Shown piece after piece: positions 37,607-46,878 of a stretch of 61,401 nt of DNA. The stretch's first letter is position 1; every line of letters starts with the position of its first letter. This DNA comes from a virus (Duplodnaviria; Caudoviricetes): IMG/VR virus record IMGVR_UViG_3300049032_000024, positions 1 through 61,401 of that record. One strand, given 5' to 3'. The notes beneath the pieces are model-generated. The model worked only from the letters and a program-made list of their open reading frames with translations. It had not been told where the DNA came from and ran no database searches. The translations under genes and the position numbers were made by a program.

Positions 37607-38884
37607 TCACTTCTCATCTGCTTCAACCGCTACTCCGGGTGCCTGATCCGTGTAGACCAGATCGTAGAGCATCGAGTAAAGCTGACGCTGACCGCCGAAG
37701 CCAGCGCTCGTGGCCATCCAAGGGTTGTTCTTGCGCTTCTCCCAGTCAACGGCACCGAGCTTGCTGACGTACTCCGCAACCGAGTCCCAGAAGTCCGCGT
37801 CATTCTCGGTCTTGTCCAGCGATGTGAGCAGGATATCCGAACCGAGCAGCGAGACTGCCGCGACACCAACCACGTCCTTGAGCCGGTACTTGACCTGCTC
37901 TTCAACCGTCTCGTGCTCAGCGTTCTCAACGAACCGTGGCTGGTCCGTCCAAGCTGGAGCACATGCCTTGGCAACCAGAGCCCAGAAACGCTTTGCCACG
38001 TTCTCAGGCTTGTAGCCGCGCTGCTCGAGCCGGTTGATGACCTTGACCGGAAGCAGGTCACCGACTGACCGACGCAGACCCTCGAAGCTGACGGGCTCCA
38101 CAGCCTTTGGCCTGCCGGTCATGTTGACCAGACCGTTCCACACCGAGTCACCGTCTTCCGCCAGCTCGAAGCTGATCTTCCGAATGGTTTGAGCGTGGGA
38201 CTCTTCACCGGCCTCAGTGTGGACCTTCGTTGCCTCAATGAGAGCCTTGGGCAGCTTGCGCTGGTTGGTGTTGACCTCATCGAAGAAGCTGGCCTCTTCA
38301 GCGTAGTTCAGACCGTAGTACAGTGTGATCGGCACCACACAGTTGAACTCTTCATCGTTCTTCCAGCCGTAGTACAGACCTCCCATGCGGTGTTGACCGT
38401 CAACAATGGAGAAGACTGACTTGCCGAACTCCTGATGTATCTTGCTGATGTTACCAGCATTGAAGAGAGTGTTGAAACGGTTACGGTCCTTGGTGTTGTA
38501 GACCCGGACAGAAATGATGAGTGCCGGAATCTTGAAGCGGTTGTCATCCTTGGCGTAGTACCTTGCGATGCCGGGGAAGCGCTCTTCCATCGGTTCCCGC
38601 TGGTAGCCGTGGTTGCGGGGGCTGGAAGACTGGGGATCGTGTGTGCTGTACGTGCTGATGAACGCCAGCATCTTCAGCTTCTCAGGAGTCATGCCAGCGA
38701 TGGCGACCTTCCCCGGAACCAGTGTGGCCATGATTTCCATCTTGCCCTCTTTGGTAGCTACCTGAGTGGTAGGGGCGGAAGCTGGCTTCACGATGGGGAT
38801 AGCCACGGTGGGGGTCTTGGTGTCCACCTTGTTGGCCTGAGCGCGAGCGGAGCGACGGGTGCGGGGAGTGGTTGCAGTTGCCAT
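37607..38884 (-). CDS. DGQHR-domain (DndB/ParB-like) protein
   Basis: GYQR, IVDGQHR and FDEVNTNQRKL motifs. Confidence 0.85.
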   Translation of the reverse strand: MATATTPRTRRSARAQANKVDTKTPTVAIPIVKPASAPTTQVATKEGKMEIMATLVPGKVAIAGMTPEKLKMLAFISTYSTHDPQSSSPRNHGYQREPMEERFPGIARYYAKDDNRFKIPALIISVRVYNTKDRNRFNTLFNAGNISKIHQEFGKSVFSIVDGQHRMGGLYYGWKNDEEFNCVVPITLYYGLNYAEEASFFDEVNTNQRKLPKALIEATKVHTEAGEESHAQTIRKISFELAEDGDSVWNGLVNMTGRPKAVEPVSFEGLRRSVGDLLPVKVINRLEQRGYKPENVAKRFWALVAKACAPAWTDQPRFVENAEHETVEEQVKYRLKDVVGVAAVSLLGSDILLTSLDKTENDADFWDSVAEYVSKLGAVDWEKRKNNPWMATSAGFGGQRQLYSMLYDLVYTDQAPGVAVEADEK

Positions 38885-39052
38885 TTTGTGTTCCTCTTTC
38901 GGTAGTTGGTAGCTTCTTGCTACTGGTACTAACTTACTTTCAACCACTAGCACATGCAACACTTGTTCTACAACTCCGTGTACTCTAATTCCGTGATGTG
39001 GACTACCTGCTTCGTACTTGTTTGACGGGTTTGTAAAGTCTATGATCTATCC

Positions 39053-39409
39053 ATGCAGATTGGGGTTTACCGAGTTGAGAATTGGCAAGGAGCTGGGCCT
39101 TACAATTCCCGTCTCACTGGTCTTCGTGCGATGCATGAGGATCATGGGGGGAATCGTCCACAACCAAAGGACGATGGCATAGCACTGTCACTGAATGTGG
39201 AGCACTGTGGCTTCGGAAACAGGAAGGATTTGGACTGGTGGTTTCAGGGGTACAAGCGCGTACTCTACCGGCATGGCTTCAACATAGCGTTCTACGCTGT
39301 GGAGTCAGAGCTTGTCCGCTACGGGAGAAGACAGCTCATGTTTGAGCGTGGTGATCTTCTACCACGCGAGCGGTTCCCAATGATACGGAACGGCAAAGTA
39401 ATCAGATAA
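39053..39409 (+). CDS. Hypothetical protein, lone rightward gene in the leftward arm
   Basis: TATGAT 6 nt before ATG (leaderless); followed by a terminator. Confidence 0.65.
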   Translation: MQIGVYRVENWQGAGPYNSRLTGLRAMHEDHGGNRPQPKDDGIALSLNVEHCGFGNRKDLDWWFQGYKRVLYRHGFNIAFYAVESELVRYGRRQLMFERGDLLPRERFPMIRNGKVIR

Positions 39410-39415
39410 CAACGA

Positions 39416-39448
39416 AAGAGCCCCTACCGGGTAGGTAGGGGCTCTTCT
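39416..39448. terminator. Bidirectional terminator
   Basis: AAGAGCCCCTACC...GGTAGGGGCTCTT. Confidence 0.75.
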
Positions 39449-39711
39449 TAGTCGCGCTTCTCGCGCCACTCAGCTTCTCTGTCATCTAACGGACGCCAGA
39501 GGGGTATGTAGGGACGGGACATAGCCGCGTCAACTTCCTCCTTGTTACCTGTCACCCCACCTGACCACTTGTAGACACTCTGCTTAGTGTTGGACAGTTG
39601 CAGGGCTTCTGCAATGGAGTGTGCGGCAATAATGTTCCTTGACTGGCGGCTGGAACTGCCGGTGCTGGTGTTCGTACCTGTCCAGCTATAGACCTTCAAC
39701 TTACGTGGCAC
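39448..39711 (-). CDS. Hypothetical protein
   Basis: GTG with RBS AGGAG. Confidence 0.6.
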   Translation of the reverse strand: MPRKLKVYSWTGTNTSTGSSSRQSRNIIAAHSIAEALQLSNTKQSVYKWSGGVTGNKEEVDAAMSRPYIPLWRPLDDREAEWREKRD

Positions 39712-39864
39712 TGTTTCTCCTAGATCGTTGCCGGGTAGTAGCGATAGTGGTACGCGATGAGCAGTATGTTGCTCCCGTCCAGTACGATGTGCTTCCCGCC
39801 TTTGGAGAGGATGCCTAGCTGGCCCATGAATGGCCGTGTGGCGATCCTCACACGTAGCGGCGGC

Positions 39865-40227
39865 TCACTTCGCAACTGCAAATCCGAGCTTGTACGGAAC
39901 CTCGTAGGACTTCATTGCTGCTTCCTTCTGCTTCGGCGTCATGTTCTCCTGCAGAAGCTTCGGGTCAACGATGGTGACCTTGCACTCTTCAACCACTTCT
40001 GCTGTAACCAGCGTAATGGCCGTGTCAAGGTCGAAGTAGCGGTTCGGTGTGATGTTCAGCTTGACCGAGCCAACAGCCTTGGTGTCCGGGTTGAACATGT
40101 CTTCTTCAATGAGCTGTGCCATGACAGCCTTCTGAGCTGCCTTGTACGCCTCTGCAGCCTGCTCAGCCTTGATCTTGGCCTTGAGTGCGATGAGGGTCAA
40201 CTGCTCGAGCTTCTTTGATGCTTCCAT
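39865..40227 (-). CDS. Hypothetical protein
   Basis: Strong RBS; high-expression codon bias. Confidence 0.65.
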   Translation of the reverse strand: MEASKKLEQLTLIALKAKIKAEQAAEAYKAAQKAVMAQLIEEDMFNPDTKAVGSVKLNITPNRYFDLDTAITLVTAEVVEECKVTIVDPKLLQENMTPKQKEAAMKSYEVPYKLGFAVAK

Positions 40228-40415
40228 TTTCCTTTTTCTTCCTTTCAAAGGTGAGGCCCTGTGCCTATTTCAAGAATAGGGTCACAGGGCCTCAGTGTCA
40301 ACTACCTTTTTGGTCTTCCGTCAGCTCGAGCACATGTGCAGGTGAAGTTGTTGCTGACGGGAGACTTTGCCCCTCGAGGGCAGTGTGGGCGGTGTTCTGG
40401 ATTCATCCCTATATC

Positions 40416-40607
40416 TTACCGCTCTTCGTGTCTGAAGACTTCCTCGAGCGCGTCCATGATCTGGAGCTGCACTTCCTTGCTGAAGGAAATCTCATCGCCG
40501 TTGGCGGCGATGACCCACAGTCCCTTCCCACTGTCTACGCCTACCGTCTCGCTGGCGTAGTCATTCTCGGGATCAACGTCTGTGCTTGGCATTACTGCGT
40601 AGGTCAC
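40416..40607 (-). CDS. Hypothetical protein
   Basis: ORF with phage-like codon usage. Confidence 0.5.
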   Translation of the reverse strand: MTYAVMPSTDVDPENDYASETVGVDSGKGLWVIAANGDEISFSKEVQLQIMDALEEVFRHEER

Positions 40608-40740
40608 TTGGGCTACACCTTCCCGTATCCAGCACTTAGGAGAGCTTCAGCAACCTTACAGTCTTCGCCCCACGATGTGTCATTTACACCTATGAGGGCC
40701 AGCGCGTCTCCTACATGCTCAGCCAGTTCTTCTACCTCTG

Positions 40741-41031
40741 TCACTGGTAATACTCTCTTCCCTGTATCCATTGGTCTTCATACTCACTCATGCTGAGCCG
40801 TGGGTTCTGAATCCAGAACTCCAGCAGCTCTTCAGAGGCGTAGCGCTCTGCACGCCTCTGCGTACCTCTAAAAAGGTCAAAGCCATCAATCCCTGCTGCT
40901 CTACCCTCTGCGTTCACCAGCACACCGCTGCAGGCTTCTACAGCAGCAAGGTACTGGTAGTCCACATGGTTCAAGTAGTCCTGCTGCATTGCTGCCCAGT
41001 CTTGCGCTGCTTTGGTGAAGATGGCGCTCAC
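40741..41031 (-). CDS. Hypothetical protein
   Basis: YASEELLEFW motif; coupled ORF. Confidence 0.65.
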   Translation of the reverse strand: MSAIFTKAAQDWAAMQQDYLNHVDYQYLAAVEACSGVLVNAEGRAAGIDGFDLFRGTQRRAERYASEELLEFWIQNPRLSMSEYEDQWIQGREYYQ

Positions 41032-41213
41032 GAGTCTGCTAAATCCTCGTACTGTTCAGCCAGCTCAAGGACTTCCTCGAGGTCAGGAATGGTGAGGTCT
41101 GCCATATCCGCGTTGGGATCGGTGAACACACCGTGAATGACATTCCCAAGGTCTTTGTTCTGGCGCTTGCGCTGTCGAAGGTACTCCCTCACGCGCTCGG
41201 TTGCTTGGCTCAC
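41028..41213 (-). CDS. Hypothetical protein
   Basis: 4-bp overlaps with neighbours. Confidence 0.55.
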   Translation of the reverse strand: MSQATERVREYLRQRKRQNKDLGNVIHGVFTDPNADMADLTIPDLEEVLELAEQYEDLADS

Positions 41214-41443
41214 AGTCCGGTGACTTCCTGTTCCTTGGCGGCTTCTTCAGCCAGCCGGATAGCAAGGTAGCGCTCCCAGCGACGTACAGCCTGCTCAGCA
41301 GTGAGTACGATTCTGTCAGTGCTTGCCAGCGAACGGCGTAGTGATTCGGCAGTGTTTACCCAATGGTCACGGTCCTTGCGAAGGTTGTTCAGAACCGTTC
41401 TGATGTTCTCGGTAGGCTGTCCGTCAGGTGCGCGGTCACTCAC
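41210..41443 (-). CDS. Hypothetical protein
   Basis: 4-bp overlaps with neighbours. Confidence 0.55.
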   Translation of the reverse strand: MSDRAPDGQPTENIRTVLNNLRKDRDHWVNTAESLRRSLASTDRIVLTAEQAVRRWERYLAIRLAEEAAKEQEVTGL

Positions 41444-41787
41444 AGGTTCACGCTCCGAAGAATGATACCGCCCTGACCATCGGACTTGGCCTGTACTCCG
41501 TACTGCTCACCCATCGTGGCTGCTTCAGCCATGCGGATACGCAACTGCTTGCGCGGTAGCTTGGACAGCGCGAGCCCGAAGGCAGGCTTCAGCAGGTTCA
41601 ATTCCTTGATGGCCTCTGCTCCTTTATGGAGCTGCTGAATCACATCATCCACACCAATAGGGGCTTCCTCAACAGGTACCCACTCGCTGCTCACACGAAC
41701 AGGAGTTGAGTATTCTTCAGCATCCCAGCCTGCCAGCTCCCCAGTTGTAGGTATGTGTTCTTCACCGTGGAAGGTTGATCCATTCAC
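41440..41787 (-). CDS. Hypothetical protein
   Basis: Coupled ORF. Confidence 0.55.
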   Translation of the reverse strand: MNGSTFHGEEHIPTTGELAGWDAEEYSTPVRVSSEWVPVEEAPIGVDDVIQQLHKGAEAIKELNLLKPAFGLALSKLPRKQLRIRMAEAATMGEQYGVQAKSDGQGGIILRSVNL

Positions 41788-43214
41788 TATGCTGCTTCTC
41801 CATCTTCGTCACCGTAACCCATGTCCAGCATTTGTTGACTGTTCCTGAGCTTACCGATTTGCTTTACTTCAACTGTGTCCTTGGCCAGAATCATGTAGCG
41901 CTGCACGCTCCGTGTCTGACCCTGCCTGCTGAGCCTACCTGCTCCCTGTGTGTTTATCAAGGGGCTCCAGCTCACGTTCATCCAGATTTCGTGGCAGGCA
42001 ACTAGCTGTAGACCATCCGTACCTTCTGCTACTGCCTGCAGCGTACACACCAGAATGTCGAACTCCTTACCGAAGTTCTCCATCTTCCAGTCGCGCTCTT
42101 CCTTGCTCATACCACCGACGAACTGGCGAGCGCGGTACCCTGCAGCCTGAAGCTGCTTGGTCATAATCGTGGTGAAGATACGGGAGTCCGTGAAGATCAC
42201 CACTGGTTCAGGGTGCTCAGCGTGAAGGTCACTCAGCAGCTCGAGCACAACCTCTATCTTGGTGGACTTGGCGTCTTCCTCGAACCAGACCACATCGCCC
42301 CATGCGTCCATCCACAGGCCAGTCTCTTTGTCCTTCTTCTTTACCCAGTCCTGCCGGACGGAAGGGACAGCAAGGCAAATCTGCCTTAGACGCATGTTCA
42401 GGACAGCGGGAATGTCAATGGCGAGAGGGTTGTTGTTCAGCCATGTGATGGCTTCCTCTTCCAGCTCTTTGTAGTGCTTCCGCTGTACCTGTGAGATTTC
42501 CACTTCAATCTCATGGATTGTGGGCTTGTCCTTGTAGACGGATGGCATCTTGTGTGCTGCAGGCAGCTCTTTCCAGAGCTTTCCCGGCACTCGCTCTGCC
42601 GTGACCTTCTTACCTTCACCAAACTCTGAATCCTTGAACGGATCATGCTCAGTGTGGAAATACTTGGTGACCCATGACCAGAAGCTACGGTCCACCTGTT
42701 TAGGCCACAGCCAGCGTCCCAGTGCCCAGAGCCCCATCATGTGGTTGCCTGCCGGTGTCGCTGACATGGCCAGCTTGTACGTTGCCTTGGCAGTCTTCAA
42801 CATGGCGTGCATCCGAGAGTCACGGTTGGTTGCTACGTGGCACTCATCGAAGATCACAAAGTCCAGCTTGACCTTGCGCCATGCTACGGTGCGGAAGAAC
42901 TCACGCCCTACAAAGTACCAACCGGGCTTGTTGCTGTGCAGGTCTTCCCAATGGCGGCGGTTGGCCACGCGCTTGTTGTGACAGTAGCGCAATTCGATTG
43001 CGCCTTCCGACTGCCGTTGTACTGTCTTGCGCCAGCCTGATTCAGTGCCGATAGGTGCGATGATAAGCACACGCTTGGCTTCTGCTTCAATGGCTGACTG
43101 GACGCCTACCAGCGTCTTGCCTGCACCTGTCGGTGCCTTGAGCAACACTTCCTTGTGCTCGAGGATGAAGTCTATGGCCTTGCGTTGGTCATCGTGCGGT
43201 GTGAATGGTTTCAT
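41787..43214 (-). CDS. SF2 DNA helicase
   Basis: PTGAGKT, DECH, SATP, EGTDGLQ and QGAGRLSRQGQ motifs. Confidence 0.9.
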   Translation of the reverse strand: MKPFTPHDDQRKAIDFILEHKEVLLKAPTGAGKTLVGVQSAIEAEAKRVLIIAPIGTESGWRKTVQRQSEGAIELRYCHNKRVANRRHWEDLHSNKPGWYFVGREFFRTVAWRKVKLDFVIFDECHVATNRDSRMHAMLKTAKATYKLAMSATPAGNHMMGLWALGRWLWPKQVDRSFWSWVTKYFHTEHDPFKDSEFGEGKKVTAERVPGKLWKELPAAHKMPSVYKDKPTIHEIEVEISQVQRKHYKELEEEAITWLNNNPLAIDIPAVLNMRLRQICLAVPSVRQDWVKKKDKETGLWMDAWGDVVWFEEDAKSTKIEVVLELLSDLHAEHPEPVVIFTDSRIFTTIMTKQLQAAGYRARQFVGGMSKEERDWKMENFGKEFDILVCTLQAVAEGTDGLQLVACHEIWMNVSWSPLINTQGAGRLSRQGQTRSVQRYMILAKDTVEVKQIGKLRNSQQMLDMGYGDEDGEAA

Positions 43215-43675
43215 ACTCTGTCCAGATCATTGTGCGTGAAGAGTTCATTGCGTTTGACTATAACGGCGGCTTCAGCAGCTTCTACAGTTGTGTGAGCGCC
43301 TGCACTGAATTTCCTACCATCGTGACAGACTACCGCACGCCACTTTCCCAGAACCTTGTCCCAGTAAACACCTCGTGCCCCGCTTATGTTGTTCTTACGG
43401 GACTTCTTTAGGTTCTCACTGTTCTGTTTTTGGGTAGTCTCGCGTAAGTGGTCAGGACGTACACATGCCTCTGTCTGACACGTATGGTCTAGCCCTACCT
43501 TGCGGTGTAGTTTCTTCCCTGTGTGCGCTTCATAAGACAGTCGGTGCGCTAGTGCTGAACCTTTCCGGGTACTGTCCCAGAACAATCCATATCCTTGCTT
43601 ATGTAGTCCTGCGGTCCAAAGCCAACAAGTATCAGTCTTGTTGACTTTGGACCAAAAGCGTGGGGGAAGCTCCAA
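43211..43675 (-). CDS. HNH endonuclease with AP2 domain
   Basis: CWLW, DHTC..CVRPDHL and SGARGVYW...WRA motifs. Confidence 0.9.
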   Translation of the reverse strand: MELPPRFWSKVNKTDTCWLWTAGLHKQGYGLFWDSTRKGSALAHRLSYEAHTGKKLHRKVGLDHTCQTEACVRPDHLRETTQKQNSENLKKSRKNNISGARGVYWDKVLGKWRAVVCHDGRKFSAGAHTTVEAAEAAVIVKRNELFTHNDLDRV

Positions 43676-44023
43676 CTATGCTGCCTTACTCATCTGAAAA
43701 GCTTGGTCAATACTGGAAGACACAAGGTCTTTCATCACATCGTGGTAGTAATTGTTGGTGTGTTCGTTGTCCTCTTCGCCGCGCTCAAAGAGGTAGCCAG
43801 CCGGATCACGGTCAAACGTCTGAGCATCCAACTGAGCATTGATGAGTTGTGCCCAGAAGCTCTCATCAATCTTCCTCTCAATGGCGAGCGATGCTTCATA
43901 GCAAGTCATCCACAGGTGCTTATCCCACGCTGCCCAGTCAGTGTCTGCAATAGGAGCTTCTTGGGCGGCTTTCTGGGACAGGTACTCGATGACCATGCGG
44001 GACTGTTCTTTGGTGAGCTTCAC
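43676..44023 (-). CDS. Hypothetical protein
   Basis: GTG with RBS GAAAGG. Confidence 0.6.
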   Translation of the reverse strand: MKLTKEQSRMVIEYLSQKAAQEAPIADTDWAAWDKHLWMTCYEASLAIERKIDESFWAQLINAQLDAQTFDRDPAGYLFERGEEDNEHTNNYYHDVMKDLVSSSIDQAFQMSKAA

Positions 44024-44136
44024 GGTAGAGCCTTTCGTTTAGGTGTTAGTAAGAGTCTAGGGGAAAAACCGAAAGGATGCAACTCACAGAAGAGCCCTGC
44101 AGGGTTGTATTACACCTGCAGGGCTCTGGCCTCTGG

Positions 44137-44847
44137 TTAGTCTACGTCTTCCCAGTAAGGATTAGGTGTCTCTTTGATCTTCCCAGTGTATGTGCCATCG
44201 AGCACTTGTGCAAGTGTGGTTGCACGCACTGCTCGGTTAGTGGGTGTGTCACTCTCAAAGACTTCCTTGTTACCTGACACGTACTCACCAGTGGTGAAGT
44301 CAAAGACTGCTTCCTGTCCTTCCAGTTCAGTATCCAACTGGCCCTTCATCAGGACATAGCACCAGACTGGCTCCTGATTGCCGCGTGTGTCCGCCAGTGC
44401 GTACCGCTGTGTACCTGTGAAGCGGGACCACTGCCACTCAAGGTCACTGACTTCAGCTTCCTGATGCTTACGGTATGCCTCAGTGGTCTGCTTCACACCG
44501 TAGAACAGTCCAAGGTTCTTGGTACCAAGGGCTTGTGCTAGCTGGTAGCCAGTCTTACCGTTGACGTTCATCTCATGGGAGATGGCGTTGTCCAACGCTT
44601 CCTTGCGTGCGGCCTTCTCTACAGCCCAGCGAGCGTCAAATGCACCCTTGACGTACTTGGTACGCTCCATCCCCAGTTCGGCCTTCAGCAGGGCAATCTT
44701 GGCACGTAGCTGGGCCATCTCCACCTGCATGTCAGCGAGTCGCCGCTTCCTTTCGTGGTCTGGGGTACCCATTTCCTTGACACGTGCCTCTTCACGGTCA
44801 GTGATGAAGTTGTTCCAAGACTCGTATGCGTCTTTTAGTTCTTGCAC
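44137..44847 (-). CDS. Hypothetical protein (coiled coil plus HTH-like segment)
   Basis: RBS AGGAG; TGYQLAQALG segment. Confidence 0.65.
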   Translation of the reverse strand: MQELKDAYESWNNFITDREEARVKEMGTPDHERKRRLADMQVEMAQLRAKIALLKAELGMERTKYVKGAFDARWAVEKAARKEALDNAISHEMNVNGKTGYQLAQALGTKNLGLFYGVKQTTEAYRKHQEAEVSDLEWQWSRFTGTQRYALADTRGNQEPVWCYVLMKGQLDTELEGQEAVFDFTTGEYVSGNKEVFESDTPTNRAVRATTLAQVLDGTYTGKIKETPNPYWEDVD

Positions 44848-44941
44848 TGCGTTCTCTCCTAAATAAAAAAGTGGTGTGTACCAGTCACGAGACTAGCACA
44901 CACCACTGAGCTCAATCAATTCTAAAAGACGATGCTCTTCC

Positions 44942-45199
44942 CTACGATTTGATGTGCTCTTTCACGAGGGGGTGTGCATCCTCCAGAAGGTCAACCTCAT
45001 CCCCCCTGAGTGCTGCACCACGCCCCTTGCTGTAGTACAGGTGCGTTGGGATGAGTACGAATACCCATCCGTCTTCCGTCACTTCACGTACATAGCCTGT
45101 TTGCCCAACAACGCGGTACTGAGGTTCTACAGTGGTGTCCTCAGCCACTCCCATGATGTTGGTGATGGTTACCTTAGCTCCAATTTTGAATTTCTCCAT
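44942..45199 (-). CDS. Hypothetical protein
   Basis: FKIGAKV...GQTGYV SH3-like motif. Confidence 0.55.
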   Translation of the reverse strand: MEKFKIGAKVTITNIMGVAEDTTVEPQYRVVGQTGYVREVTEDGWVFVLIPTHLYYSKGRGAALRGDEVDLLEDAHPLVKEHIKS

Positions 45200-45212
45200 G
45201 TCTTTGAAGGTA

Positions 45213-45737
45213 CTACACCCTTGGGTATGTCTGCAACTCACACTGCGGCGAGCAGCCTGTCTTGCTGTGACTGTGCTTACAAAGAGCCCTCTTCTTGCAG
45301 GCTAAGCAGGTCCGTACAGTCTGCCCTGTTGTCTGTACTCTTGTTTCGTATATACCAACGATGGCGAGGTCATGCCCATGCTTGCAGTGAGTAGCTGTTG
45401 CCACGTTGGTACGCCCCTTGTGCTCAGCCTTGGGCTTGCGCGTAGGCTTTCCACCCTTGACCCAGCCGTTGCGGATACCTGCTCTACGCATGTTCTCAGA
45501 CTTGGTTACAGGCTCAAGATGGTCAGGATTCACACAGAGACGTACATGGCACAGATGGTCAAGCTGCAAGCCTTTGGCAATCGGCCCAATCAGTAGCTCC
45601 CACACAGCCCTGTGCGCTGAATGTGTCCTACCTCTGAAGGTCACCTGTCCATAGCCGCAGTTGTTCATGCCTCCGGTCCACAACCAGCAAAAACCTGTAG
45701 GCTCGACACGCTCAAAAATCCTTGTAAAATCATCCAC
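45213..45737 (-). CDS. HNH endonuclease
   Basis: CWLWTG, LDHLCHVRLCVNPDHLE and THCKHGH motifs. Confidence 0.9.
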   Translation of the reverse strand: MDDFTRIFERVEPTGFCWLWTGGMNNCGYGQVTFRGRTHSAHRAVWELLIGPIAKGLQLDHLCHVRLCVNPDHLEPVTKSENMRRAGIRNGWVKGGKPTRKPKAEHKGRTNVATATHCKHGHDLAIVGIYETRVQTTGQTVRTCLACKKRALCKHSHSKTGCSPQCELQTYPRV

Positions 45738-45912
45738 CTAAAAATCCTACCATCCTCCAAAAACTCCCCAAGGCCCCCAGAAAATTTTGCTGCGAGGCTT
45801 CTTTCATCCTCCAGTGAGAATGGTGACGGGCGCGCTGGTCTTGCGTGGTCCTACCAAAACCTCTCCGAGTTAGTCCAATCGGTGGATTAATGAACTGAGG
45901 GCTGACTCTCAC

Positions 45913-46170
45913 TTCTACACGCTGTAGAACTTAGGGTACCCTAACCGAACAATCGTTCTGTTGAAGCTTCAAACAAATTCCCTCGACTGCATATATACAG
46001 CGACACGACTGCATATATGCAGTACCCGGACACGCTACGTTGAAACTTCAACAGTCAATGTCAACAGTCAACGCTAGCGCGTAACAGTTCGACGGAGTAG
46101 CGTCACAGAAAGTTAGGCGTACCTAAAAATTGTTTGCAGGCTGACAATAACCGAACAACTATTCAGTAAA
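45913..46170. promoter_or_regulatory. Dense array of short operator-like palindromes
   Basis: TTCTACA-N3-TGTAGAA; TTAGG-N4-CCTAA x2; GAAC-N4-GTTC; TTGAA-N2-TTCAA x2; ACTGCATATATGCAGT. Confidence 0.65.
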
Positions 46171-46220
46171 TGGGGAAGTATGCGAGAAAACAGAAAGTTT
46201 ACCGTGATGCACCGTTTGTC

Positions 46221-46643
46221 TGTGGATAACCTGTGGAGAACGTCGTTCATTTAGGGGTACAAGTATTTGGTTGTTTGAGCACTTGAAGCGCTTAGAACGG
46301 CATACAGGGCGTTTAGGTCACGATTTATAACAGTTCCCTCGAGCTCTTGACGTAATGCCGATGTGCTGTTATTCGCGTATGCGCGCGTTGGTAATAAGGC
46401 ACGATTCTAGGTTCGGTCACGGTTAGATAACGGTTAGGTGAACAGAACAGAGATTTAGATGCATATGCATCCAACCTGTGGATAACTCTGCAAAAGTGTG
46501 GATAACTTATGCCAAATTGTGGATAACTACCGATGCCGGCGTGGATAACTTTGCTCATTCTGTGGATAACTTTGGCGATTCTGTGGAAAAGTAGCCCTTT
46601 TCTGTGGATAAACCTGTGGAAAATGGCAATATTTGGTGGATAG
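46221..46643 (-). repeat. DnaA-box array (TTATCCACA on the minus strand)
   Basis: Perfect TGTGGATAA at 46221, 46477, 46497, 46518, 46561, 46603; one mismatch at 46232, 46540, 46582, 46615; two at 46635. Confidence 0.9.
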
Positions 46644-46878
46644 GGTTACGCTAAAGACGTGCTAGTCGCGGCGATGGGGTACGGGGGAACCTGTACTTTC
46701 ATCTAGGGGTTAGGCACTTGCTCCCCCGGTAACACCGGGGGAATTGATAGCTAAATAGTGAACGCGGGTAGGGGTATCCGCTCTAGTGCATTCCTAGAGC
46801 GGGTACCCGGTAGAACTAGAGACTTTCATCTAGCAAGGGAAAGAGCCCTTGCTAGTTGTTAGCAACTAGGGAGAGAAC

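Noticed and set aside
46477-46643. CRISPR array
   Set aside because: Repeats are only 9-10 bp with about 11-bp spacers and match DnaA boxes. The Cas4-like gene is a standalone phage nuclease.
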